A stretch of 10,589 bases of DNA from an uncultured Bacillota bacterium (GTDB lineage Bacteria; Bacillota; DTU025; MWDF01). Under the pieces are notes generated by a model. That model saw only the letters and a program-made list of their open reading frames with translations. It made no database searches and was not told where the DNA came from. A program made the position numbers and the translations under genes. Positions 1 through 8,296 of this stretch are shown one piece after another (the stretch's first letter is position 1; each line of letters begins with the position of its first letter). The stretch is taken from the NCBI GenBank assembly GCA_963823655.1, contig CAWGMK010000009.1, forward strand, positions 1 to 10,589. Direction: 5' to 3'.

Positions 1-494
1 TGAGGTGAAAGCTAGGATCATCGCATCATGCTCCTCGGAGGCCACTGTGAAATTGGTTGGATAGAAAAGCGCATATTTGTCGCCTGGGACCCGCCCTTCC
101 TCGAAGAGCTCCGGCGTTATCAGAAACGGCCCACCGTAGGGTCCTCGATCAGGACGCCTCCGAACATCAGCCCGTTGGGCTTGCCGTTGTTCTCCTGCGA
201 GGTGCTTAGCGTGCTTGCGACATACTCTGCCTTCACATCCACTATGTCGTAGATGAGATAGCCTGAGCTGTTCTTCGTCGGGTCCAGGTAATCCTCGTTA
301 TCGATCTCATATACTACCCTTAGGCCAGGTACCAGCCAATTGGGCGCTACCATGGTCTTCATCTCGGTGAAATAGGACATTATGGACTTGCTGAGATTGT
401 CCGGCTTTGCGACGGGAGCCGCCATCGTAACCCCTGGCAAAAGCGCCGCCACAAGGCACAATGACAGCAAGGCGGTGCGAATTTTCCTGCTCAA
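1..494 (-). CDS. Secreted hypothetical protein, 3'-truncated by the window edge, with one frameshift near 130-132
   Basis: Likely TTG start at 494 behind an AAGGGG RBS. The N-terminus (M)SRKIRTALLSLCLVAALLPGVTMA is a typical Sec signal peptide. The ORF stops at 120, but adding one G to the GGG at 130-132 gives VGPFLITPELFEEGRVPGDKYALFYPTNFTVASEEHDAMILAFTS, open to position 1. No family recognised. Confidence 0.7.
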
Positions 495-563
495 TGTATA
501 ATCCCCTTTCAGAAGCACTGGCACATATCTATAATCTAATCATAATACGAGATAGATTCGCTT

Positions 564-587
564 TGCTAAAATCCTGCCTGTGAGGTG
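564..587 (+). promoter_or_regulatory. Putative extended -10 promoter (TGcTAAAAT, 564-572) and RBS (GAGGTG, 582-587) for the PHP-MFS-MFS unit
   Basis: TGn-TAAAAT in the AT-richer divergent intergenic region. GAGGTG lies 5 nt before the ATG at 593. No clear -35 box. Confidence 0.4.
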
Positions 588-592
588 CCGAC

Positions 593-1425
593 ATGGCTTC
601 GGATTACCATATCCATATAGAAAACGGTGAGCTTTCGCGAGAATATCTAAGCCTCTACGCGAACGCGGCCAGCGCCGCCGGCCTTGAAGGCTACGGCATC
701 TCCGAGCACCTTCACAACCTGCTCGAGGGGCCTTCCCTGCTAAAGCGCAGGCTGCCCGAGGGGCTCCAGAGTAAGGGGCTGGGACACCGACGAGTATATC
801 GGCCTTGTTAAGAGCTCAGGCGCGAAGGCTGGCGTCGAGGCCGACTACATCCCTGAATCAGAGAACGAACTTAAGGATTATCTCCTCACCCATGACTTCG
901 ATTACTGCATAGGCTCGGTGCATTGGATAGGAGACTGGACCTTCGACTGGGGCCCTGAGGTCTGGAAGGGTAAAAACGTTGAGGATGCCTGGAGGTCCTA
1001 CTTCAAGCTGGCCGTGAACGCCGTCTCTACAGGCATGTTCGACATCTTCGGCCATCCGGACGTGATCAAAGTCTTCGGAAATAAGCCGGGGTTGCTTTCG
1101 GTGAGGAGCTTCGCGAGTGCTACAAGGCACTGGCGAGGGCGGCGGCTTCTACCGGGACATGCCTTGAGGTGTCATCCGCCGGCCTAAGGAAGCTTTGCGG
1201 CGAAATATACCGGACATCTCGCTGCTTCAAGAGGCGAAGCTTGCAGGCGCCGAGATCAGCCTCGCGTCGGACGCGCACTTCCCCGAGCACGTCGGATACG
1301 GGTTCGAGCGGATAATAGCGCATGCGAAGGCGGCAGGCTTTGACAGGGCGGCGACGTTGCGGGCCGAAAAAGGACTATGGTTACATATAGCAGGGACAAG
1401 TCTTCAAGAAGAGGTGCCCCTATGA
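593..1425 (+). CDS. PHP-domain histidinol-phosphatase-like protein (HisJ/HisK family), split by at least 3 frameshifts
   Basis: Joining frames at ~775-778, ~1086-1098 and ~1210 restores the family motifs in order: DYHIH, GISEH, GVEADYIP, FDYCIGSVHW, DIFGHPDVIK, LEVSSAGLRK..EIYP, LASDAHFPEHVG. The true 3' end is uncertain (about 1390 or 1425). Confidence 0.85.
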
Positions 1426-2624
1426 TTTCCAATCCTTTATTGAACAGGGACTTCGCCCTCTTGGCGGTGGGCCAGTTCGTATCTGCGGTCGGCGATGCGA
1501 TCCACCGGGTCGCTCTTATCTGGTGGATATACAACATCACAGGCTCACCGTCCGCGGCAGGCCTGCTGAGCCTGGCATCGATGATACCTTCCATACTGCT
1601 CTCCCCTTTTATGGGCGTGTTTGCGGACAGGTGGGACAGGCTCAAGATCGTATACTGGATGGACTATCTAAGAGGCGCGATTATCGCTGCAGTAGCAATC
1701 CTTTCCTTCTACGGGCGCCTTGAGGTCTGGCACCTGGTGCTGTCATCTGTTCTGGTCAGCGCCTGCTCGTCCCTGTTCTACCCGGCTGTGAACGCCATGA
1801 TACCGGGGCTTGTGGGCGAAGACAAGCTGCAGAAGGCAGAGGGGATGACTCAGACGCTCATGGGCCTGGTAGGCATCATAGGCCCCGCCCTGGGAGGGGT
1901 GCTTGTGGCGTCCATCGGCTATTCGACCGTCTTCTTTCTCAATGCCATCTCTTTCGTACTGTCTGCGATATCCGAGATGTTCATCCGCTACAAGCAGGTC
2001 AGGCGCGAGGCCGGCAAGGGGCACCTTGCGGACATGGCTGGAGCCATCAAATTCACCCTGGGCATGCCCACCATAATGGGCATATTGCTGGTATTCGCCA
2101 TGATGAACTTCTCCCTGGCGCATTTTGGCCCCGTGACGATGCCCTACCTGATCAAAGAGAGGCTGGGGGCCGGAGCTGCCCAGCTCGGCCTCACAATGAC
2201 TGCAATAAGCGTGGGTGGCATCGCCGGCTCCCTGTTCATGAGCCTTATAAAGAATCCGAGCAAGCGCTCCACATTCGTAACCGCGGGCGCTGTAATCATG
2301 GGGGTATTCCTGGCGTCCTGGCCGCTTCTTCCCAACCTCTACTGGCTCTACTTCATCTGCGCGATGATCGGCCTTGCAGCGGCCCTTGTGAATATTAACG
2401 CCGGCGTCCTCTTCATGCAGATAACTCCCGACGACATGAGGGGCAGGATGTCGGCATTCATGAGCACTGTCTCGCAGTTCATGGCCCCGGTTGGCCTGTC
2501 GCTGTTTTCCATGGTCGCCGCCTCCGACAAGCGCTACATATTCTACTTTCCGGTCGCCTCCGGCGTGCTTGTGCTGATTTTCGCCCTCTCCCTTCTTGCA
2601 GTAAAGGGATATCGGGACTTGTAG
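1422..2624 (+). CDS. MFS transporter, MefA-like / DHA3 (H+ antiporter) type, 400 aa
   Basis: ATG at 1422 follows an AGAGGTG RBS and aligns with the start of its paralog, so it is preferred over 1377. Contains NRDFALL..GQFVS..GD, motif A GVFADRWDRLK, GPALGGVLV, and Q..TPDDMRGR. About 12 hydrophobic segments. Confidence 0.92.
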   Translation: MISNPLLNRDFALLAVGQFVSAVGDAIHRVALIWWIYNITGSPSAAGLLSLASMIPSILLSPFMGVFADRWDRLKIVYWMDYLRGAIIAAVAILSFYGRLEVWHLVLSSVLVSACSSLFYPAVNAMIPGLVGEDKLQKAEGMTQTLMGLVGIIGPALGGVLVASIGYSTVFFLNAISFVLSAISEMFIRYKQVRREAGKGHLADMAGAIKFTLGMPTIMGILLVFAMMNFSLAHFGPVTMPYLIKERLGAGAAQLGLTMTAISVGGIAGSLFMSLIKNPSKRSTFVTAGAVIMGVFLASWPLLPNLYWLYFICAMIGLAAALVNINAGVLFMQITPDDMRGRMSAFMSTVSQFMAPVGLSLFSMVAASDKRYIFYFPVASGVLVLIFALSLLAVKGYRDL

Positions 2625-2716
2625 CAGAATAATTAGGCGTATTGTGCCTTTAGCCTGTTCAGTTGTCTTGATCATGTTCGTCGCAGCATCAAACAGGCGG
2701 TTAAGGAGTTGCACCC

Positions 2717-3919
2717 ATGCCCTTCAATCCACTTATTAACAGGAACTTCGCCCTGCTGGCGGTGGGGCATTTCACGTCCATGGTAGGCGACAGCATCCAC
2801 CAGGTGGCCCTCATCTGGTGGCTTTACAATGTCACGGGATCCCCGGGCACAACAGGGCTTCTGACCATGGCATCGATGATCCCCGCCCTGATACTGGGCC
2901 CGTACCTGGGAGTGCTCGCCGACAAGTTCAACCGGCGCAGGATAGTCTACAGCATGGACTTCTGCAGGGCTTTCGTCATCGGTTGCATAGCAGCGCTGTC
3001 GTTTACGGGAAGGCTCGAGATCTGGCATGTCGTGGTATCGAGCATTCTTATCGGCATCATTGCCTCGTTCTTCAACCCGGCGGCCTCCGCCATGGTGCCA
3101 AGGCTAGTCGGCGTCGATCGCCTGCAGCAGGCCCAAAGCGCCTCCCAGGCCCTCTCCGGCATGGTCGGCATATTCGGGCCCGCGCTGGGTGGGCTCCTGG
3201 TCTCGGGCTTCGGCTACGCACCTGCGTTTCTGGCTAACGCCGTTATGCTGCTGTGTTCAGGCATCTCCGAGATGTTCATCAAATACGAGCACGTGGCCCC
3301 TAAAGAGCATGAGGACAACATCAGCGCTCTTAAGAAGGCGATTTGCTTCACATTCGGAACCCCCACCATACTGGGCATTCTACTCGTCTTCGGGCTCATG
3401 AACTTCGCGCTTGCCCCATTGGCCAGCGTTACCGTCCCCTACATAATCAAGGACAGGCTGGGCAAAAGCGCTACTGAGCTGGGGCTAGTGATGACTTTCC
3501 TGAGCATCGGAAGCATCGCGGGCTCCCTTGTAATGGCCTCCATGAAGAACCCCACGCGCAGATCGCGGATGATAGTGCTCGCGGGCATTTGCATAGGCCT
3601 TGCCCTCACTTCATGGCTCTTTATTCCGACGCTTTTATGGTTCTACACGATCAGCATGGTTTCAGGCTTCATGATGGTAATGATAAACATAAACGCAGGC
3701 GTGCTGCTTCTTACCCACACTCCGGACAACATGAGGGGCAAGATGACGGCATTCACTCATTTCGTCACGTCCTTCATGTCGCCAATTAGCCTTGCGCTCT
3801 TCAGCATGGTGGCAAGGGCCGACGTGGGCCTAGTCTTCTACTTCCCGGCTGTGACCGGCTTCATCATAATGTTAAGCTCGGCGGGGCTTCTCAGGGTGAA
3901 GGGTTTCCGGCAGCTTTAG
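2717..3919 (+). CDS. MFS transporter, MefA-like / DHA3 type, 400 aa; tandem paralog of 1422-2624
   Basis: AAGGAG RBS. Contains NRNFALLAVGHFTS..GD, GVLADKFNRRRI, GPALGGLLV and TPDNMRGK. Intact ORF. Confidence 0.92.
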   Translation: MPFNPLINRNFALLAVGHFTSMVGDSIHQVALIWWLYNVTGSPGTTGLLTMASMIPALILGPYLGVLADKFNRRRIVYSMDFCRAFVIGCIAALSFTGRLEIWHVVVSSILIGIIASFFNPAASAMVPRLVGVDRLQQAQSASQALSGMVGIFGPALGGLLVSGFGYAPAFLANAVMLLCSGISEMFIKYEHVAPKEHEDNISALKKAICFTFGTPTILGILLVFGLMNFALAPLASVTVPYIIKDRLGKSATELGLVMTFLSIGSIAGSLVMASMKNPTRRSRMIVLAGICIGLALTSWLFIPTLLWFYTISMVSGFMMVMININAGVLLLTHTPDNMRGKMTAFTHFVTSFMSPISLALFSMVARADVGLVFYFPAVTGFIIMLSSAGLLRVKGFRQL

Positions 3920-3938
3920 CACAGATGACAGGATAGAT

Positions 3939-3974
3939 AAGGCCGCAGGCTTTCTTATGGGCCTGCGGCCTTTT
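3939..3974. terminator. Rho-independent terminator between convergent genes, probably bidirectional
   Basis: Perfect 12-bp inverted repeat AAGGCCGCAGGC (3939-3950) / GCCTGCGGCCTT (3961-3972) with a 10-nt loop, running into TTTT. It lies 20 nt after the MFS stop codon. Confidence 0.88.
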
Positions 3975-4004
3975 ACTTATATGCTCTCTAGTTTTCCTAC
4001 GCCT

Positions 4005-4873
4005 TTACTTGGCCACGAACACGGCATCGGCCGACAGCTTGGCCGGATCCCCGATCTTCCTTAATGCGGTGAACAGGTGCAGATATATCGGGCTGCCCTC
4101 TTTAAGCCAGCCAAGTTTCAGCTCGAAAGGCTTCTCCTGCCCGGGCAGGTAAAGCTCGATTTTGCCTACATATACCCTGAAGGCGACCCAAGCGGGGGTC
4201 CCGGCATCTTTTATCGGGAGCGCCCCGTCGGTTCCGTACCTCTCCTGCGACTGGGTATTCAGCAGGCCGTATGCATTGTTCAACGTCTCTTCCCTGATCA
4301 GAGACGGCGTATAGGTGAACCACGCGTTCTGGTAGCTCCATATGTCCATCTGAGCATAGGGGGCAAGGGCGGCCACGAATGAAGTCGTAGCAGCTGCATT
4401 CAGCTTGATGAATATTGTAACCGGTTTGTCCTTCTCGGCTGCGGTGACGGTGAATAGCGGAGTCTTGTTTAAATTCCGGCGTTGCCCCACGAGCTGCCGG
4501 CTGGGACGTCTACAATAAGCTCGCCGTCCTTGAACCTGGCGAACTTTGCGTAGTCCCCGCCGACCGCCGATAGGCCGCTCCACTTGGTGCCAAGGCCATC
4601 CGCGAACTCCTCCGCGAGCACTATGCTACCTGCGTTGAAAGGCAGCTTGACACCGGCAATGATAGATGTGGACGATGCCGGAGGGGTTATGGGGCTTACC
4701 ATCGGCAATGAGGATGTGGGATAGTACTGAATGTACTCCACCTCGGACATGTCGTAGTACACGGTAGTGCCGTCTTTCAGCTTGATGACCATCATTGATG
4801 CCGATACCGCGGTGACTGCCATAATAACCACTGCCAAAGTCAGTAATGCTGCGCCAATTCTTGCCCTTCTCAT
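4005..4873 (-). CDS. Secreted hypothetical protein (~289 aa), beta-rich, one frameshift at ~4471-4473
   Basis: GGGGGAGG RBS and signal peptide MRRARIGAALLTLAVVIMAVTAVSA. Restoring one T in GGAATTTAAAC joins ...SSWGNAGI to LNKTPLFTV...FVAK*. A Pro/Ser/Thr linker follows a short N-terminal beta module. Confidence 0.78.
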
Positions 4874-4945
4874 AATGCCTCCCCCTTCCGCATCTTCAAT
4901 GCAAAGATGCCTGGAATAGCGACCGGCAATTTCCTGAGCAGTCGG

Positions 4946-5269
4946 TCAAATCCTCTTTCCGCCGTGCTTGTAGGGCCTTCCTTCGTTGTAAGCGGCCTTG
5001 TCCTCAAGTGCTTTGTCTATGTCTATGCCGTACATGCCGCAGAAATCCAGGATCCTTATCATGCAGTCGGCAAGCTCTACCGGAATGCCCTCCGGCTTGC
5101 CGTCGATTACGTAGACCTCGTTTATGCCCCTGTTGTTCCGAAACTCCTCAAGCGCTTCGGAAAGCTCGCTGTGACACAGGGCTATGACTTCCGGAAAGGG
5201 CTTCTCCTTCTCCCACCAGCCATGCTCTTTTGCCGTGTCGTTCAGCCTTTTGGCAAGCTCGTTTAGCAT
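4946..5269 (-). CDS. Small MazG-like (all-alpha) nucleoside triphosphate pyrophosphohydrolase, 107 aa
   Basis: Acidic metal-binding motifs IALCHSELSEALEE and GIPVELADCMIRILD, plus the C-terminal K.AYN..RPYKHGGK typical of the short, often phage-associated MazG-like proteins. Its ATG overlaps the upstream stop (TGATG). Confidence 0.85.
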   Translation of the reverse strand: MLNELAKRLNDTAKEHGWWEKEKPFPEVIALCHSELSEALEEFRNNRGINEVYVIDGKPEGIPVELADCMIRILDFCGMYGIDIDKALEDKAAYNEGRPYKHGGKRI

Positions 5270-6890
5270 CAGCTTCTCCTCCTCAGCCCCATCTTCGAGG
5301 CGAACGATGCGGCCCTTCTGCCCACGACCGGTATCGCCTCAAGCTCGTCCGCGCTAAGGCCTCCAAAAAGCAGTAGCAAGATCATGTAAGCAAGGCCTCC
5401 CGCGCCAATCGCCGCAAACGTCAGAAGGCCGCTTTCAGGCATGAATTTCGAAGCAAGGGCGTAGAAGCCGTATACGATCGCGCCCATCGCCGCAGATGCC
5501 AATGCGGGTGCCATGAAGGCCTTCCTGTAGCCGACCTTGCCCCCAAGCCGCCTTTCCATCTGCATAAGGTTTATCGCGACGGATACAAGCGAGCCTATGA
5601 CTGTGCTTATGGCAGCTCCTTTGACGTTCAGGCCGGGAAGCGATGTCAGGTAGAATTCAAGTCCGATCTTGACTGCGACTCCCACCAAAGCGCTAATGAG
5701 CGGGTCTCCCACATGCCCCATACCGCATAGTACGGCTGAGCTGGTCTGCTGCAGGCATAAAAGCACGCTTGCCCCGGAGAAGACCGCAAGCAGCGGGCCT
5801 ACATCGGGCCTGTTGAACAGGAGTTTTGTTATGGGAGAGGCGAGCACGAACATGCCCACCGTTGCCGGGAAGGCTACTATGCTGGTCAGCTTCAGCACAT
5901 ATATTGACCGCTCCTTGAGGCCCTCTTTGTCGCCCTTGGCCATGCACTCCGAAACGGATGGCACAGCGGCGGACGCGAGGCCCGCCATTATCGAAGTGGG
6001 AAAGTATACGAGTGGGAATGCCATGCCGTTTAGCTGGCCGTAGAGCGCCGTGGCCTGGCTTGTCGTGAAGCCCGCGGCAGCGAGCCTTCCGGGACGATTG
6101 CCGCGTCAATGACGCTCTTGATTGATGCAAGCGAGCCCGTAATCGCGACAGGCACGGAAAGCTTGAGTATCCTGGATGCGATGACGCCCCCGGACTCGGG
6201 CTTCCTGCCGCCTGTGGGTATATGGTATTTGGGCTTGTTGCGAAGGTAGTAGTACATCCCGATTATCAGCACCATGCCGAGGAAGGCGCCCACTGCGGCA
6301 CCGCTCGCGGCGCCTGCCGCCCCGTATTCGATGCCCCTGGGAAGCAATATGTAGGCCACGGTGAGCATGAAGGAGACTCTTGCTATCTGCTCGACCATCT
6401 GGGAAAGGGCCGATGGGACCATCCTCTGCACACCCTGGAAGTAGCCCCTCATCGCGGACATGACTGTCATAAAGGCAAGAGCCGGCGATATGCCTCTTAG
6501 CGACAGAACAGCCCTGGGGTCGTGGTAAACCTTTTCGGCAATGAAAGGCGCAAACACGAAAAGCGCGATGCTTGCCGTAATGCCGGTAATAGACATCATG
6601 AGGATGGAAACTTTCAGCACCTTGCGGGCGCCGTCGCCGTCTCCTAGGGCTTTCTTCTCGGCTATGAGCTTGGATATGGCAAGCGGTATGCCTGCCACGG
6701 ACACTGACAGGAGAAAATAGTAGATGGGGTTGGCCATCTCGAAAAGGCCTACGCCCTCGTCGCCCAGCATCCCTGCCAAAGGTATGCGGTACGCCACCCC
6801 TAATAGCCTTGCGAAAAGCCCTGCCGCTGCTAGGATGGCAGCGCCTTTGATTAGCTTCGCATTCGAGCCCTCTTTGCCTGTAGAAACCAT
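5269..6890 (-). CDS. YabM/SpoVB/MurJ-like polysaccharide-biosynthesis (MOP superfamily) flippase, ~540 aa, one frameshift at ~6089-6093
   Basis: LIKGAAILAAAGLFARLLGVAYRIPL..MLGDEGVGLF; AGIPLAISKLIAE; MRGYFQG..MVPSALSQMVEQIARV. Adding one base gives IDAAIVPGRLAAAGFTTSQATALYGQLNGMAFPLVYFPT, joining the 286-aa and 251-aa ORFs. GGTGAGGTG RBS upstream. Confidence 0.9.
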
Positions 6891-7004
6891 AGGATCACCT
6901 CACCACGCTTAAAGGTATTATAAGCTATCGGGGAGGTTTAGGGCATCTGAGGAGGCAGAAGGGGTCCTAAAACATATACGATTCTCATCCAGTCCTACAG
7001 TTAA

Positions 7005-7088
7005 ATATTTTTCATCTTTTTATTTTTCTTTGCACATATTTATATTTTGAATGTTCAATTATAATGATGTCATTGCGATTTCGGAGGG
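7005..7088 (+). promoter_or_regulatory. AT-rich promoter region of the GGDEF gene: TATAAT (7060-7065), inverted repeat TTGAA-tg-TTCAA (7047-7058), RBS GGAGG
   Basis: Most AT-rich stretch of the window with a perfect -10 hexamer. TTGCAC at 7030-7035 is 24 nt away, too far for a canonical -35. Confidence 0.5.
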
Positions 7089-7091
7089 AAC

Positions 7092-8225
7092 ATGTACACA
7101 ATCCTGCAAGTAAGCATGAACCTCTTCGGCATAGCGATACTGCTCGCCATACTCATGGATATAAGAAACCAGAACGAGCTCAGCTCGGGCAAGCAGCACC
7201 ACTATGTACGTTGGGTATATGGAACTATAGCTGTACTGGCCCTGGAGGCCTTCGCCTGGGTCGTCGACGGGCGCCCCGGCCCTGTCTTCCGCTGGCTGAA
7301 CACTTACGGCAATGTGCTCTACTTCATAGGCGATACTGTCCCCGCCCTTCTCTGGGTGATCTATCTAAACAGCCAGGTGTACGGGGATACAATCGAGGCC
7401 AGGCGCCTGAACGCCCTGCTTACGGTGCCGGCGCTAATCAACATTGTGCTAGCTTTGATGACACCCTTCAACAAGTGGATGTTCTACATAGACTCGGCCA
7501 ACGTCTACCACAGGGGCGAGCGCTTCTACCTGATCGGGCTTATCCTCGCATCCTATATGGGCTATTACATAGTGACCATACTCCTGAACAGAAAGCGGCT
7601 TACCAGGCGCACCTTCTATACGCTGCTGCTTTCCAACATACCTCCAATACTGGGCGGCGCGCTCCAGGGTGTGCTTTACGGCATGCCGTCGCTTTGGACT
7701 TTCACGTCCCTGGTGCTGCTGTTCACATACTTCAACATACAAAACACGAGGCTTAGCGCGGACTATCTAACAGGCGTCTCCAACAGGCGCGACATAGACT
7801 CCTACCTGAGCTCCCTGATCAAGGACAGCCCGCCTGACTACAACTTCTCCGGCATATTCATGGACATAGACGACTTCAAGAACATCAATGACAGGCATGG
7901 GCACATAATCGGCGACGAGGCCTTAAGGGTCACCGCGGGCATTCTTAAAAAGAGCATGAGGAAGGACGACTTCATCGCAAGATACGGCGGCGACGAATTC
8001 ATCATCATAGCCCCCAAGCTGGGCAACGGGGATGAGCTCGAAGGCGCGGTCGACAGGATCAATTCGAACATAGATGAGTACAACAAGCGCGCCGAATTGC
8101 CATTCAAGCTGAATTTGAGCATGGGCTACTGCGTCTACGACAAGGCATCCGGAATGTCGGCCGATGAATACATAGAAAAGCTTGACGAGATGATGTACGC
8201 AAACAAGAGGGCCACCGAGGCCTGA
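7092..8225 (+). CDS. Membrane-bound diguanylate cyclase (about 7 TM N-terminal domain + GGDEF), 377 aa
   Basis: DYLTGVSNRR, FMDIDDFKNINDRHGHIIGDEAL, an intact ARYGGDEF active site and an RxxD I-site (RKDD) five residues upstream. Hydrophobic N-terminal ~215 aa. GGAGG RBS. Confidence 0.95.
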   Translation: MYTILQVSMNLFGIAILLAILMDIRNQNELSSGKQHHYVRWVYGTIAVLALEAFAWVVDGRPGPVFRWLNTYGNVLYFIGDTVPALLWVIYLNSQVYGDTIEARRLNALLTVPALINIVLALMTPFNKWMFYIDSANVYHRGERFYLIGLILASYMGYYIVTILLNRKRLTRRTFYTLLLSNIPPILGGALQGVLYGMPSLWTFTSLVLLFTYFNIQNTRLSADYLTGVSNRRDIDSYLSSLIKDSPPDYNFSGIFMDIDDFKNINDRHGHIIGDEALRVTAGILKKSMRKDDFIARYGGDEFIIIAPKLGNGDELEGAVDRINSNIDEYNKRAELPFKLNLSMGYCVYDKASGMSADEYIEKLDEMMYANKRATEA

Positions 8226-8247
8226 TCAGCCACACCGAAATCTACAT

Positions 8248-8290
8248 AAAACTGCCGGGCCAAAGATTATCGCGATGGCCCGGCGTTTCT
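8248..8290. terminator. Probable bidirectional Rho-independent terminator
   Basis: GCCGGGCCA (8254-8262) / TGGCCCGGC (8276-8284), flanked by AAAAC and GTTTCT, between the convergent stops at 8225 and 8297. Confidence 0.75.
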
Positions 8291-8296
8291 GTTACG

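Noticed and set aside
1377-1421. Longer MFS start, or a PHP-MFS fusion
   Set aside because: The ATG at 1422 has its own RBS and matches the paralog's start exactly. The upstream extension overlaps the uncertain 3' end of the PHP gene.
1743-2714. 323-aa antisense ORF over the first MFS gene
   Set aside because: Shadow frame of a GC-rich membrane-protein gene. It is rich in His/Arg/Gly/Glu with no motif and no convincing RBS.
4675-4715. Shared LP(M/I)VS and PITP words between this linker and the mature N-terminus of the C13 protein
   Set aside because: Short, low-complexity Pro-rich matches in different order, compatible with chance.
4946-5269. Prophage remnant suggested by the phage-type MazG-like gene
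   Set aside because: No integrase, structural genes, att-like repeats or obvious compositional shift. The gene is coupled to a chromosomal flippase.
6891-7091. c-di-GMP riboswitch or small RNA in the flippase-DGC intergenic region
   Set aside because: No GEMM-like stems or conserved motifs were seen. The region is simply AT-rich promoter DNA.
7064-7756. 230-aa alternative-frame ORF inside the DGC gene, and other nested ORFs in the track
   Set aside because: They overlap well-supported genes, have Arg/Pro/His-rich off-frame composition and show no recognisable motifs.
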